Assembly: GCA_037142735.1 (NCBI GenBank)
Contig: JBAXAB010000003.1
Coordinates: forward strand, 1-53,397
From: a bacterium
GTDB taxonomy: Bacteria > Patescibacteriota > Minisyncoccia > Phycocordibacterales > CAIZLB01
Reading direction: 5' to 3'
DNA: 53,397 nucleotides
The translations under genes and the position numbers were made by a program. Position 1 is the first letter of the stretch. The number at the start of each line of letters is the position of its first letter. Below are positions 40,259-50,474 of the stretch, one piece after another. Under the pieces are notes generated by a model. The model saw only the letters and a list, made by a program, of their open reading frames with translations, had not been told where the DNA came from and did no database searches.

Positions 40259-41002
40259 TTACTTCCCCTTCCAATGAACCACCTTTTTTTCAAAAATCAT
40301 CATAATCTTATTTAACATAAACCCGAGTATTCCTGTCATTAAAATCGCAGCGTACATATCAGCCGTTTGATACACCAACTGAGCATCAATAATTCTTTTT
40401 CCTAATCCAATCTCAGTTCCGATAAACATTTCGGTCACAATAACAATAATTAATGAAATTGAAATAGCCACGCGAAGACCATTAAAAATCTGCGGGAGGG
40501 CCTCCGGAAATATGACTTTTCTACATAATGTAAAACCACTTATTTTCATTGTCTTAGCCACCCGAATTCTAAGTTCTTTCCCAAGATGAACTCCATACAT
40601 AGAATTAACTAATATCACGAGACCCGCCCCCCAAGCTGTTACGGCAAATTTAGCTCCATCGCCAATACCAAATATCAATAAAAATAATGGAAATAATGCA
40701 GTGGTTGGAATACCTCTAAAAAATTCTATGACGAATTCCATTGAATTGTAAACCTTGTTTGAATAACCCATCAAAAGCCCTACTGGAACACCAATGGCTA
40801 CTGCCAAAGTAAAACCAACTAGAACCCTATATAAGGTATAGCTCAAATCTATGATCATTAATCCATTCTGGAATAGATGCTTAACCACTTCGTAGGGAGA
40901 TGCTAGAAATAAGGGGCTAACTAATTTACAATACGAAACTATCTGCCACAGAATGACAATAAGTATCGGGACTACGCAGTAATGTAGAATTTTATTTTTC
41001 AT
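40259..41002 (-). CDS. ABC transporter permease (NitT/TauT-type)
   Basis: Six TM helices, with an EAA-like loop region between the TM helices. ATG 41002 (MKNKILHY) overlaps the ATPase gene end. Confidence 0.8.
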   Translation of the reverse strand: MKNKILHYCVVPILIVILWQIVSYCKLVSPLFLASPYEVVKHLFQNGLMIIDLSYTLYRVLVGFTLAVAIGVPVGLLMGYSNKVYNSMEFVIEFFRGIPTTALFPLFLLIFGIGDGAKFAVTAWGAGLVILVNSMYGVHLGKELRIRVAKTMKISGFTLCRKVIFPEALPQIFNGLRVAISISLIIVIVTEMFIGTEIGLGKRIIDAQLVYQTADMYAAILMTGILGFMLNKIMMIFEKKVVHWKGK

Positions 41003-41744
41003 ACTCAAATGTGTGAAGTATCTCATTACGTAATTGTGTAAACTCAGAACTTGCTAACATATCTAGAGTTCTAGGTCTTGGGAGTTTTACTTCAAATATT
41101 TTTTTAATTTTTGATGGGAGCGGAGACAGCACGACAACTCTGTCCGCGAGAAAAATTGCTTCATCAATATCATGACTGACAAACAATGTGGTGATCTTTT
41201 GTTCTTCCCATACATCCAAAAGATTTAATTCCATTTTTCGAGTAGTGGAATAGTCTAAGGAAGAAAACGGTTCGTCCATTATGAGTAAGTCTGGTTTCTG
41301 GGCCATCGCTCGGCAAATTGAAACTAACTGTCGTTGCCCTCCTGAAAGTTCGTACACATACTTATCCTTCAAATGAAGTAGTCCGACTTTTATCAGAAGA
41401 TGCTCGCCTATCTTCACACATTCTTTTTTACCAATTTTAGCTATCTCGAGTGGGAAGATCACATTTTCGAAAACAGTTTTCCACGGGAACAGACTTTCAT
41501 TGTAGTTTTGGAATACGTATCCGACATTAATATCTGCAGCTTTTTTATTATCTATTGAGACATCTCCAGCTGTAGGCTTATCAATCCCTGCCACGATATT
41601 CAGCAGTGTTGTTTTGCCTGAACCGTTTGGACCAAATACAGTGACAAACTCTCCTTTTTTAATTTCTAGATCAATACCATCAATGACTTTAACCATGTCA
41701 TGGCCTTTTTTGAACTCTTTAGTTATTGATTGTAGTGAAATCAT
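40992..41744 (-). CDS. ABC transporter ATP-binding protein
   Basis: Walker A GPNGSGKTT, signature LSGGQRQ, Walker B LLIMDEP. Confidence 0.9.
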   Translation of the reverse strand: MISLQSITKEFKKGHDMVKVIDGIDLEIKKGEFVTVFGPNGSGKTTLLNIVAGIDKPTAGDVSIDNKKAADINVGYVFQNYNESLFPWKTVFENVIFPLEIAKIGKKECVKIGEHLLIKVGLLHLKDKYVYELSGGQRQLVSICRAMAQKPDLLIMDEPFSSLDYSTTRKMELNLLDVWEEQKITTLFVSHDIDEAIFLADRVVVLSPLPSKIKKIFEVKLPRPRTLDMLASSEFTQLRNEILHTFEYEK

Positions 41745-42695
41745 TTATTTATAAAAGATATTCGACAGATCTGGTTGTATTTTAAGCTCTCCAATTGAGA
41801 CAAGAAAATCCGCGAATGTCTTGAATGACTCAGGCTTAAAATCCTTACTCGGAATCATCTTGACCAAGTTTATTTTTTCAACAACAACATCATCTAGATT
41901 ATAAGTCGTTTTAGCGACACTACGGGCGAGACTTGGGTTATTCGAAATAACCTCATTGCCCTCGTCTATAGCCTTAACAACTTTTTCTGCTAGATCAGAA
42001 TGGTCTTTAGTAAACGATGTGCTGAACCAATAACCACCAAAAGCAGCATGGTCTACCATTGAAGCAAAGATCGATTCTGGAACAAGCTTTCTAAAGCCAA
42101 ACTTTTCTATACCAATTGTGTAATTTGGCTCATACGAGAACAGTGCATCAATAGATCCTGAATCGAGCGCTTGAAGTTGACTGGCTGGAGGCAATTGAAC
42201 AAATTCTGTTCCAGTGAAATCTACCCCTTTCATCTTTAAATATTCTTTTAGAAAATTCATACCTGTAGTCCCTGGAAAGACACCAATCTTTTTTCCTTTC
42301 AGATCAACGAGTGTCGAAATTTTAGAATCTTTTTTAACCATAAGAGCGTCGAATTGATTTTCCAGCGACACATCACTGACTGTTACCAACTTCACATTTC
42401 CTGGACTCACCGCCTCTCCATTCATTACCACAACAGTACTAAGAAATGGAACATAATCAATATCTTTTCGAACCAGTGCCTCGTAAAGTTGCTGGGCACT
42501 TTGGAGGGGAACAAGCTGAACCTTCACACCCTCTTTAGTAAAAAATCCTTGCTTGTTTGCAATATGTAACGGTAAGAATCCTATATTGGGAGCGTAACCA
42601 ATTTTTACCACGTAATCATTATTTTTTGACTTAGCAAAAAACAAACAAATAATTACTGCGGCGATTATAACTAGTATCCAATTTTTCTTTTTCAT
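41745..42695 (-). CDS. ABC transporter substrate-binding protein (NMT1/THI5-like)
   Basis: N-terminal anchor, and a periplasmic-binding fold typical of nitrate/sulfonate/pyrimidine-precursor binders. The substrate cannot be determined from sequence. Confidence 0.75.
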   Translation of the reverse strand: MKKKNWILVIIAAVIICLFFAKSKNNDYVVKIGYAPNIGFLPLHIANKQGFFTKEGVKVQLVPLQSAQQLYEALVRKDIDYVPFLSTVVVMNGEAVSPGNVKLVTVSDVSLENQFDALMVKKDSKISTLVDLKGKKIGVFPGTTGMNFLKEYLKMKGVDFTGTEFVQLPPASQLQALDSGSIDALFSYEPNYTIGIEKFGFRKLVPESIFASMVDHAAFGGYWFSTSFTKDHSDLAEKVVKAIDEGNEVISNNPSLARSVAKTTYNLDDVVVEKINLVKMIPSKDFKPESFKTFADFLVSIGELKIQPDLSNIFYK

Positions 42696-42715
42696 ATTGT
42701 TTAATTTATTTTATT

Positions 42716-43198
42716 TTAATTTGTAGGGACAACCAATAACTTACTAATTGCAAAACCCATTATCTTTTTCACAATGAACCTCGCTCCTGGCAAAGACAAA
42801 AGACCTCCTGGTTCATACTCACAAGTTATAGACATCTGACTTTTATCTTCGGAAACATCTTTAAATGAATATTTAACATAATGAGGTAAAGGGAACGGGC
42901 CAAAGCCAACAGGATGCGTATGCATGCTCCATTCCCTACCTTTTACAAGTGATTTAACCTTTCCAATATATTTTTGCTTCCAACCTAGAAAATTATGAAT
43001 TTCCTCGATTTTGTTACCGGCTTTAAAAACCTTATCGGTTGAATAACCATCAAGATTAATACAGTGAGGTGCGAATTTGTATGGGTGGTTGGCCTTATTC
43101 CACAGTTTATTTTTAGAAAAAGGGAAAATGGCACTACCCACGACCACATCTATACTTCTACTCTTCTTATATGAAGTTACTTTTAGTTCTTTAATCAT
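42716..43198 (-). CDS. hypothetical protein
   Basis: 160-aa ORF heading the ABC operon. No motif I can name. Confidence 0.55.
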   Translation of the reverse strand: MIKELKVTSYKKSRSIDVVVGSAIFPFSKNKLWNKANHPYKFAPHCINLDGYSTDKVFKAGNKIEEIHNFLGWKQKYIGKVKSLVKGREWSMHTHPVGFGPFPLPHYVKYSFKDVSEDKSQMSITCEYEPGGLLSLPGARFIVKKIMGFAISKLLVVPTN

Positions 43199-43325
43199 AA
43201 ATTTTGAATATTTGATATGCGAAGATAATAAAACATAAATCCTTATGTGTCACAAAAAAACCATATTTATAGGGCCAATTTGGATTATATATTGCAAAAT
43301 AAGGATAGTAATGGTATAGTAATTA

Positions 43326-43342
43326 TGTCCAAAAAGTGGACA
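43326..43342. promoter_or_regulatory. candidate operator TGTCCA-N5-TGGACA
   Basis: Perfect 6-bp inverted repeat between a TATAGT -10 box and the start codon of the TrmB-type regulator gene. Confidence 0.35.
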
Positions 43343-43346
43343 GTAT

Positions 43347-44108
43347 ATGCAAACACAAAACAACATTGAATTAGCCCTCCAACAGTACGGCTTAACACCA
43401 GAACAAATCTCTGTCTATTTATTTCTCATCAAAAACGGTGACCAAGTACCTTTTAAAATATCAAAGGGCACCCGAATCCCCCGTACAACTATATATAGAA
43501 TACTAGAAGAGTTGAGAAATCTCGGGATAGTTAGTATTTTCAAGAAAAATAATATTGCGAACTATACTGCAGAAAATCCACGAAGACTCCTAGAAAGATT
43601 GAAGGAAAAAGAGTCTGCTGTCAGCTCAATAATCCCCTCAATTGAAAACCTCCTACAAAACAAAGGAAACAATCCACAAGTAAAATTATATGTCGGACAA
43701 AATGGAGCAAAGATTGGTCTAGATGTACTGTATGAATATTTCGAAAAGAAAGGCTTGAAACAAATGTACACATACTCGAACTCTGACTTATCAAAACATC
43801 TACCTAAATACTTAGATACCAAAATTGACCAGAGAAAAAGACTGGGAATTAAATTGAAACTTATTGCTCCAAATAGTGCAAAAGTATCAGATCATCATCA
43901 TTACAAAACTGATGACTTTAGACATGTGAGATATCTTCCAGAAAAATTCCCATTCGAAGGATCTATGATCATGGGTGAATCCATGGCAGTATGTTTTTCA
44001 TTGAAAGATGACGAGTTGCACACCATAGTTCTTGAATCAGAAAGTATCGTTAAAATGTTTACTCAGTTCTTTCTGTATATTTGGGATAGTTTGGCTGAAA
44101 GCAATTAA
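43347..44108 (+). CDS. TrmB-family transcriptional regulator
   Basis: N-terminal winged HTH (LTPEQISVYLFLIKNG...RTTIYRILEELRNLGIV). Confidence 0.75.
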   Translation: MQTQNNIELALQQYGLTPEQISVYLFLIKNGDQVPFKISKGTRIPRTTIYRILEELRNLGIVSIFKKNNIANYTAENPRRLLERLKEKESAVSSIIPSIENLLQNKGNNPQVKLYVGQNGAKIGLDVLYEYFEKKGLKQMYTYSNSDLSKHLPKYLDTKIDQRKRLGIKLKLIAPNSAKVSDHHHYKTDDFRHVRYLPEKFPFEGSMIMGESMAVCFSLKDDELHTIVLESESIVKMFTQFFLYIWDSLAESN

Positions 44109-46879
44109 AGTTTAACTTTTACCTTCTTCTCTTTTTTTGTTTCATCACCTATCGCAATTTCATCCATTCTATCCTCTTCATGCCTCACCAATCCATCCTT
44201 CTGTAAATGAGCCGCTACTTTTTTTCCCTTCCTCACATCAAAAGTAAATTCAACAGGAGTAATTTTAGGTTTAATATTCACATCAACAGAACCTCCTCGC
44301 ATCACACCCTCTGTAATCATGAGTGACGCCACTGATGTTAGAATCTTATTCTGAATCAAGCGCTTCAAAGGACGTGCTCCGTATTGAGGGTTATAACCTT
44401 CCTTCGCTAGATATTCCATGACTGGTTCTGCAATATTTAGAGTGATTTCTTTTTCAGCCAATCGATCACGTACTCTGCTCACCTCGATGTCCACAATTTT
44501 TCGAATTGCTTCGTGACTTAGAATATCGAAGATAATTACTTCGTCCAATCGGTTCAAGAATTCAGGGCGGAAATGCTCTTTCAAAGCTTCGGTCACTTTT
44601 TCTTTTACTTCACCATATTGAACTTTATCATCGGAACTAGACGCAAAACCAATTTTTTGCATCTTGTCTATGTATTGCGCGCCAATGTTTGAGGTCATGA
44701 TAATAATAGTATTTTTGAAGTTCACCACTCGTCCTTTTGCATCAGTCAATCGTCCATTATCAAGAACCTGCAATAATACATTGAATATTTCAGGGTGAGC
44801 TTTTTCAATTTCATCAAAAAGAATTACCGAGTACGGTCGATGGCGAACCATTTCTGTGAGGTTTCCTCCCTCTTCGTGTCCAACATAGCCCGGTGGCGCA
44901 CCAAGAATTTTTGACACTGAATGTTTCTCCATAAATTCTGACATGTCCACACGGATCAGAGTCTTATCGTCATCAAACATGAATTTAGCCAAAGCCTTTG
45001 TTAGTTCAGTCTTACCTACTCCGGTTGGACCGAGGAAAATAAATGAACCAATAGGACGATTAGGATCGGCGATGCCGGCACGACTACGCTTGATGGTTTC
45101 AGAAATCCGTTTAACCGCTTCGTTTTGACCAATGACAGATTTTTCTAATTCTTCTTCAATGCGAGCCAATTTTTTAGCTTCTGCTTCGAGCATTCTTGAA
45201 ACTGGAATACCTGTCCATTTAGCCACCACTTCTGCAATATCATTTTCGTTTACTTCTTCACGTAAAATACGACGAGTTGATTGTAGCTTTTTCAATTTTT
45301 TCATTTTTGACTCAAGGTCTTTTTCGAGGAATGGGATTTTTCCGTAGCGAATTTCTGCAGCCTTTGAGAGATCAGATTTTGCTTCGGCTCGTTCCGCATC
45401 TTGTCGCAATGTTTCTAATGACTTTTTAATTTCCTTTATAGCCGAGTGAACTTCTTTTTCATTAATCCATCGTGCTTCGATTTCTGACGTTTTGTCTTTC
45501 ATATCTGCAATCTGAATTTCGATGTCCTTGATTCTCGATTTGGCATTCTTACTTGTGTTGATTTCGTTTTTCAAAGCCTCCTTCTCGATTTCAAGACGCA
45601 TGATTTTTCGATGTGAGTCTTCTAGGTCAGCTGGTTTGTTTTCTAGTGAAATTTTCAATCGAGAAGCTGCTTCATCAATTAAGTCAACGGCTTTATCAGG
45701 TAAGAATCGATCACTGATATAACGACTAGATAGGTTAACTGAAGACACAATCGCGTCATCAGTGATGCGAACACCGTGATATAGTTCGTATTTTTCCTTT
45801 AGCCCTCGCATAATTGAAATTGCGTCTTCTACAGACGGTTCGTTAATGTACACAGGTTGAAAACGTCGCTGAAGAGCAGGGTCTTTTTCAATATGTTTTT
45901 GATATTCCTTTAAAGTAGTTGCACCAATGGCCCGTAATTCTCCACGCGCAAGAGCTGGTTTCAACATATTCGAAGCATCCAATGAGCCTTCAGCTGCACC
46001 TGCTCCTACGATTGTATGAATTTCATCAATAAACAATACAATCTTACCTTCAGCTTTTTCAATTTCTTTTAAAATAGATTTTAAACGCTCTTCAAATTCT
46101 CCACGGTATTTTGTACCTGCAACAAGAATTCCCAAATCAAGCGACACCAATTCCTTATCCTTCAGAGACTCAGGAACATCATTCATGGCTATTCGATTCG
46201 CCAAACCTTCTGCAAGTGCTGTTTTTCCAACACCCGCCTCTCCAATCAAGATTGGATTGTTTTTGGTTCGACGAGAAAGAATCTGAATAACGCGTGCAAT
46301 TTCTGCGTCACGACCAATGACCGGGTCTAATTTGTTTTCACGTGCAAGGGCTGTGAGATTTCTTGTATATTTTTGTAAAGCCTTAAATTTTCCTTGTTTT
46401 TCAGTGCCAGTTCCAGTAGCTTTTGTCGTCTTTACAGATTCAAGTGCTTTTAATACAACTTCTTTATTTAATTTAAATTTTGAAAGTAATTCGCGAGCTG
46501 GACTTTTCACATCAATAAGGGCGATGAAAAGATGTTCAACAGACACAAAATCATCTTTTAATTCTGCCGCAATTTTTGCAGACACCTCAATTGCCTGAGC
46601 CATGTCAGGAGTTAAATACAATTGATATGAAGGAGAGATCGTTGCCGAAGATTGTCCAGTTTCAATACCCTCTAATACATTGTCAGTAAGCAGTACTAAA
46701 TCAATATCCAATTTTTCAAGAATTGAAATCACAATGCTTTCTTCTTGCACGATCAAAGAAGCCAAAAGGTGCATTGGATTAACATGATTTTGTCCACGCT
46801 CGATTGCTAATTCGTGAGCCTTGCGGATCACTTCTTTAGCCTTTGTCGTGAATTGATTGAATGCGGGTATTTCTGGCAT
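44105..46879 (-). CDS. clpB: ATP-dependent chaperone ClpB
   Basis: Clp N domain, two AAA+ modules ([17 protein letters not shown]), a long middle coiled coil, and a C-terminal extension of about 60 aa. Confidence 0.95.
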   Translation of the reverse strand: MPEIPAFNQFTTKAKEVIRKAHELAIERGQNHVNPMHLLASLIVQEESIVISILEKLDIDLVLLTDNVLEGIETGQSSATISPSYQLYLTPDMAQAIEVSAKIAAELKDDFVSVEHLFIALIDVKSPARELLSKFKLNKEVVLKALESVKTTKATGTGTEKQGKFKALQKYTRNLTALARENKLDPVIGRDAEIARVIQILSRRTKNNPILIGEAGVGKTALAEGLANRIAMNDVPESLKDKELVSLDLGILVAGTKYRGEFEERLKSILKEIEKAEGKIVLFIDEIHTIVGAGAAEGSLDASNMLKPALARGELRAIGATTLKEYQKHIEKDPALQRRFQPVYINEPSVEDAISIMRGLKEKYELYHGVRITDDAIVSSVNLSSRYISDRFLPDKAVDLIDEAASRLKISLENKPADLEDSHRKIMRLEIEKEALKNEINTSKNAKSRIKDIEIQIADMKDKTSEIEARWINEKEVHSAIKEIKKSLETLRQDAERAEAKSDLSKAAEIRYGKIPFLEKDLESKMKKLKKLQSTRRILREEVNENDIAEVVAKWTGIPVSRMLEAEAKKLARIEEELEKSVIGQNEAVKRISETIKRSRAGIADPNRPIGSFIFLGPTGVGKTELTKALAKFMFDDDKTLIRVDMSEFMEKHSVSKILGAPPGYVGHEEGGNLTEMVRHRPYSVILFDEIEKAHPEIFNVLLQVLDNGRLTDAKGRVVNFKNTIIIMTSNIGAQYIDKMQKIGFASSSDDKVQYGEVKEKVTEALKEHFRPEFLNRLDEVIIFDILSHEAIRKIVDIEVSRVRDRLAEKEITLNIAEPVMEYLAKEGYNPQYGARPLKRLIQNKILTSVASLMITEGVMRGGSVDVNIKPKITPVEFTFDVRKGKKVAAHLQKDGLVRHEEDRMDEIAIGDETKKEKKVKVKL

Positions 46880-46950
46880 GTATTTTTTAATTAATTTTTA
46901 TAAATTATATCACACCGGTCAAGCTGGCGAGATTGTACCATAAAGTAGAC

Positions 46951-46979
46951 TTGACAATAATAAACTGCTGTCCTATAGT
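46951..46979 (+). promoter_or_regulatory. sigma70-type promoter of cassette E gene 1
   Basis: TTGACA, a 17-nt spacer, then TATAGT. Confidence 0.5.
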
Positions 46980-47030
46980 TTAGTAGTCAGCAACACCCTG
47001 AAAATTAACAACCCCGAACGGCAAGCTCCC

Positions 47031-47300
47031 ATGAAAATCAAAATACTGGTAAGTCTAGTGTTTGCATCTCTCACGGGATGCGCAACACAGGAAGAGAAGG
47101 CATTCAAAGCGGCCCGGAAGGCTGGCTACAGCCAAGTCCAAGTGGTCAAAACCTCCGACAACCCTACAACACTGGAGGGCAAGGAGGGTTCGATCTTCCA
47201 GATGGATTGTACGGCACGGAATACTGAAGGAAAGCTCGTGAACCTTTACCTGTTCCAAGGCACTGGCCTCCACCACAAGGTGTGGATCATCGTGGATTGA
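47031..47300 (+). CDS. small lipoprotein (GC-rich cassette E, gene 1)
   Basis: Signal peptide with the lipobox LTGC (MKIKILVSLVFASLTGC). 89 aa. Confidence 0.6.
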   Translation: MKIKILVSLVFASLTGCATQEEKAFKAARKAGYSQVQVVKTSDNPTTLEGKEGSIFQMDCTARNTEGKLVNLYLFQGTGLHHKVWIIVD

Positions 47301-47319
47301 ATCCACACAAGACGTTGTC

Positions 47320-47352
47320 GACCTCGCAGGGTATAGCCCCCGCGAGGTTTTT
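47320..47352 (+). terminator. rho-independent terminator
   Basis: CCTCGC...GCGAGG followed by TTTTTT. Confidence 0.65.
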
Positions 47353-47364
47353 TGATGCTTGATA

Positions 47365-47406
47365 TATAAAATAGTGCGACCCCGCCGGCTGTGAAGCTGG
47401 CGGGGT
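47365..47406 (-). terminator. GC-rich hairpin after cassette E gene 2
   Basis: GACCCCGCC...GGCGGGGTC, a 9-bp stem, lies downstream of the minus-strand ORF. Confidence 0.5.
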
Positions 47407-47431
47407 CTCTATGAGTGTGGGACCGCCGGCA

Positions 47432-47641
47432 TTACTGCTCTGGTCGATCTTGTGCGGGTTGTTTGGTAACCAGCGGAGGAATCTGTGAAATTTCCTGGTA
47501 AGTAGCAACGGCTCGGAGATTCCGTCGAAGCCACCTGAGAAATTCAGACTGTTGGTAAAGGTCCTTGGGGAAAAGAGCCTCAACATCACTCCGGAACTTG
47601 GTCAACTCCTCAAAGTACACAGCGTTGGCGGCTGAAGGCAT
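47432..47641 (-). CDS. hypothetical 69-aa protein (cassette E, gene 2)
   Basis: Protein-like composition and a terminator downstream. It is divergent from gene 3. Confidence 0.45.
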   Translation of the reverse strand: MPSAANAVYFEELTKFRSDVEALFPKDLYQQSEFLRWLRRNLRAVATYQEISQIPPLVTKQPAQDRPEQ

Positions 47642-47830
47642 GGGATATTGGGTATACGGTCTCGCGGGATTGCTGCCGTCTAGGGGTAAAGATACATTTA
47701 AATAATTCTCCTGTAAAGCTCGGTTTTATTTACCAAAATTCAATGATATAGTTTCAAACGGCTGACGGACACCCTGTCAGATATAAAGCACAAAACCCAC
47801 ACCACAACTGCACACACCAACAACAGAAGC

Positions 47831-48352
47831 ATGAACACACCGAAACCGACGCTCGACGACCTGCAAACAAGGTTGGCTGAAAGGTCTGAACAACTGGCCT
47901 ATCTGGCCGGGGCTGGATATGAACTCCTCACGGGAACAGAAACACTCACCTTCGAGGAATGGGAACGCCTCATGGTTTCCATCCAGACCACGTTCAACCA
48001 CCACGAAGACCAAACTGGGTACGCTGACTTGTACCGGGAAACCTTCGCAAGGAGGAGCCTTACCAACGTACAGGGACAAATGGAAAATCCAGGATTCGCC
48101 GATGGAGAGCAGTCTCTGCAGTGGATGAATCGCATTCTCAGGTTCATCGTTGCAAAGGCCACAACTCCCAGGGAGTGGGAATTCTCCCCTGAAGTTCGCC
48201 GCGCGCTCATCCTGGAATTCACAGATGTCTTCCTCCGGTGGTGCTCTGCCCGCGGAGCCTTGGCACATACCCTGTTCGATGCTCTCGCCGCCGCGCGCTT
48301 CCCTGACGATTCGGGGGCACAAGCCATGTGGAAACAGAGCATCATCGAGTAG
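47831..48352 (+). CDS. hypothetical 173-aa protein (cassette E, gene 3)
   Basis: Balanced, helical-looking composition. It is the only one of three overlapping ORFs that has a downstream terminator on its own strand. Confidence 0.55.
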   Translation: MNTPKPTLDDLQTRLAERSEQLAYLAGAGYELLTGTETLTFEEWERLMVSIQTTFNHHEDQTGYADLYRETFARRSLTNVQGQMENPGFADGEQSLQWMNRILRFIVAKATTPREWEFSPEVRRALILEFTDVFLRWCSARGALAHTLFDALAAARFPDDSGAQAMWKQSIIE

Positions 48353-48400
48353 CCACCGACCGCGTGAAAGAAAATAGACGCCAGGCCTTCGGGTCCTCGT

Positions 48401-48442
48401 CCCCCGCCACCACAGCGAAAGCTGGGTGGCGGGGTCTTTTTT
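48401..48442 (+). terminator. rho-independent terminator
   Basis: CCCCGCCACC...GGTGGCGGGG followed by TCTTTTTT. The tail touches the stop of the convergent desulfurase gene. Confidence 0.7.
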
Positions 48443-49739
48443 ATTTACAGAAAACTTTAGCTAATATGGATTTAAATTTTTCAACCTGTCTTTTAGTGGT
48501 GAACCTACCGAGAGTAATACGTAACGATGAACGTGAACATTGTTTGTAATATTCTTTCTGACTTTTATCTTCATCTCCAAATGAATCTCCGAGAGACGAG
48601 ATCACTTGTGAATACGAATCTTCACGCTGAGCGTGACATGAAGTCACAGACGATACTGCTGCACCTTTTGCATCTAATTGTAAAACCATAAATTCCGCAT
48701 CGCGACCTGGAATACAGACATTTATATTATTCGGTAATCTCTGAGAAAGTGAACCGTTCACACCGAGGTCAGGAATTTGATCAAGCATCCAATTAAGGAG
48801 GTCGTCGCGTAGATCTGCAATACGCTTAACCTCAACCTCTCTCTCCTCTGATGTGATTGATAATGCCCTAGCAAAACCTGCACACTTTGCGACGTCTTCT
48901 GTCCCTGCCCTTTTTCCCTTTTCCTGATCACCACCATGAAACTGTTCAGCTAATTGAATTCCCCTTCTCACATACAAGACACCAGCAGAACGTGGACCAT
49001 AAAATTTTGATGAATCCAGCGTCATGAGGTCTACTCCAAGAGACGGAACACGCAGTGACAGAAAACACACAGCTTGACACGCATCAGTATGCAGATATGG
49101 TAACGCTAGGTTGTCCCGACCTAAAGACTTTTTATATGAACGTAGGGCTTTGGCAATTTCTGAAATCGGTTGAACTGTACCAATTTCGTTGTTCGCGTAC
49201 ATGACTGTGACCAACACGGTCTGTGCACGCAAAACTGATTTTATTTTTTTAGCAGAAACAATTCCGTCCGGTTCAACTGGAACAATGGTGACTTCCACTC
49301 CGTGCTGTTCTAATACTTTTATTGTTTCAAGAATTGATGGATGCTCAATAGCACTAACCACGATGTGAGGTTTCAAAGTAACCGAAACCTCATCACTGTG
49401 ATTTGCAGAAAAAGTTCTCTCAACTTTTGACCATAGTGCATAGACAGTGCCTAAAATCGCAAGGTTGTTTGCCTCAGTTCCGCCTGATGTGAAAATGATT
49501 TCATCACTATGTACCTCTAAAACCTTTGCAATTTCCTCTCGGGCCCCTTCCAGAGCCTTTTTTGCCTGCACCCCATCCTTATATAATGACGACGGATTTG
49601 CCGGATACAACCTAGACATGCGGTTCATATAGCTTTGAACTCTGGGGTCAATCGGTGTGACAGATGCATAGTCAAAATAAAGGCGCTTGCGGTTTTTCCA
49701 CAAACGTGTCCAATATTCAAATGCACCTATTTTTTTCAT
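48441..49739 (-). CDS. cysteine desulfurase (class V aminotransferase, NifS/IscS-like)
   Basis: PLP-lysine region DSSKFYGPRSAGVLYV and an active-site Cys loop SSVTSCHA. ATG 49739 is preferred over the TTG at 49754. Confidence 0.85.
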   Translation of the reverse strand: MKKIGAFEYWTRLWKNRKRLYFDYASVTPIDPRVQSYMNRMSRLYPANPSSLYKDGVQAKKALEGAREEIAKVLEVHSDEIIFTSGGTEANNLAILGTVYALWSKVERTFSANHSDEVSVTLKPHIVVSAIEHPSILETIKVLEQHGVEVTIVPVEPDGIVSAKKIKSVLRAQTVLVTVMYANNEIGTVQPISEIAKALRSYKKSLGRDNLALPYLHTDACQAVCFLSLRVPSLGVDLMTLDSSKFYGPRSAGVLYVRRGIQLAEQFHGGDQEKGKRAGTEDVAKCAGFARALSITSEEREVEVKRIADLRDDLLNWMLDQIPDLGVNGSLSQRLPNNINVCIPGRDAEFMVLQLDAKGAAVSSVTSCHAQREDSYSQVISSLGDSFGDEDKSQKEYYKQCSRSSLRITLGRFTTKRQVEKFKSILAKVFCK

Positions 49740-49784
49740 ATATCCACTATACAAAAAAGTGGCCTACCTGTATACTTTTTTCAT

Positions 49785-50300
49785 ATGCAGTTTAATCCTG
49801 ATTTTTCAAATCTCGTTTTTGATGGCAAAGACATTATTGTCTTGAGTGTAACTGGTTTGATCGCCTTGATCTCAATAATTGTGGCAGTTAGCACTCGGAT
49901 AAAGATGAAGAAAATGTTGAAAGGTACTAAACCTGTCACCCTTGAACAGTCTGTTATGGAAATTGTAAAAAGTATTCATGATCTCGAAGATTTTCAGGAA
50001 GATTCAATAAAACTTTTTAAACAATTCAATTCGCGTATTCATACGTCAATCCGAGCAGTTGAAACTTTGCGATATAACGCATTTACCGGGATGGGTACGG
50101 GTGGAAATCAAAGCTTCACTTCTGTTTTCTCGGATGAAAAAGGTGATGGCCTCATTATCACTGGTCTATTTGCAAGTGAGAGCATGCGCGTCTTTGCCAA
50201 GCCAATGAATGAATTTGAATCAAAATTTGAACTGACTCATGAAGAGCATGATGCGGTGAAGTTGGCGAAGGAGAAAGTTTTGAAGCCACATCATGATTAG
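49785..50300 (+). CDS. DUF4446 family protein
   Basis: TM helix, then LRYNAFTGMGTGGNQSFTSVFSDEKGDGLIITGLF, which is characteristic of DUF4446. ATG 49785 is preferred over the track start. Confidence 0.7.
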   Translation: MQFNPDFSNLVFDGKDIIVLSVTGLIALISIIVAVSTRIKMKKMLKGTKPVTLEQSVMEIVKSIHDLEDFQEDSIKLFKQFNSRIHTSIRAVETLRYNAFTGMGTGGNQSFTSVFSDEKGDGLIITGLFASESMRVFAKPMNEFESKFELTHEEHDAVKLAKEKVLKPHHD

Positions 50301-50304
50301 ATAG

Positions 50305-50332
50305 TTGACTTATAAGTTTGTGGGTATATAAT
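50305..50332 (+). promoter_or_regulatory. near-consensus sigma70 promoter of mini-sRNA 2
   Basis: TTGACT (50305-50310), a 16-nt spacer, then TATAAT (50327-50332). Confidence 0.6.
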
Positions 50333-50338
50333 TTCTCC

Positions 50339-50389
50339 ACTGGTAAGGGCTAGGCCCAAGAAAACCGCTTAGAAAGAAGCGGTTTTCTT
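50339..50389 (+). ncRNA. candidate ~50-nt sRNA antisense to the anticodon arm of the downstream tRNA, copy 2
   Basis: The predicted start, A50339, is 7 nt after the -10 box. ACTGGTAAGGGCTAGGC is followed by the terminator AAAACCGCTT-AGAAAG-AAGCGGTTTT-CTT. Positions 50339-50355 pair with 50495-50511. Confidence 0.5.
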
Positions 50390-50474
50390 ATGAAGTATTT
50401 TTGATATATTTTTGAGCGAAATTTAATGTCACTACATTAATATTACACCAACGTGAACTGGTTGCTCATGTTGT

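Noticed and set aside
42696-43346. A TPP riboswitch upstream of the NMT1/THI5-like ABC importer operon
   Set aside because: No THI-box-like CTGAGA/ACCTGA core or appropriate stems are seen on the minus strand of the leader.
47044-47060. ACTGGTAAGTCTAG inside the lipoprotein gene, resembling the sRNA seed ACTGGTAAGG
   Set aside because: A 9-nt match within a coding signal-peptide region is of the order expected by chance in 2 x 53 kb. There is no promoter or terminator context like that of the two sRNA loci.
47777-48345. Minus-strand ORFs 47777..48322 and 47899..48345 overlapping cassette E gene 3
   Set aside because: Their Cys/Arg/Gly-rich composition is typical of antisense frames in GC-rich DNA. 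The only terminator lies downstream on the plus strand.
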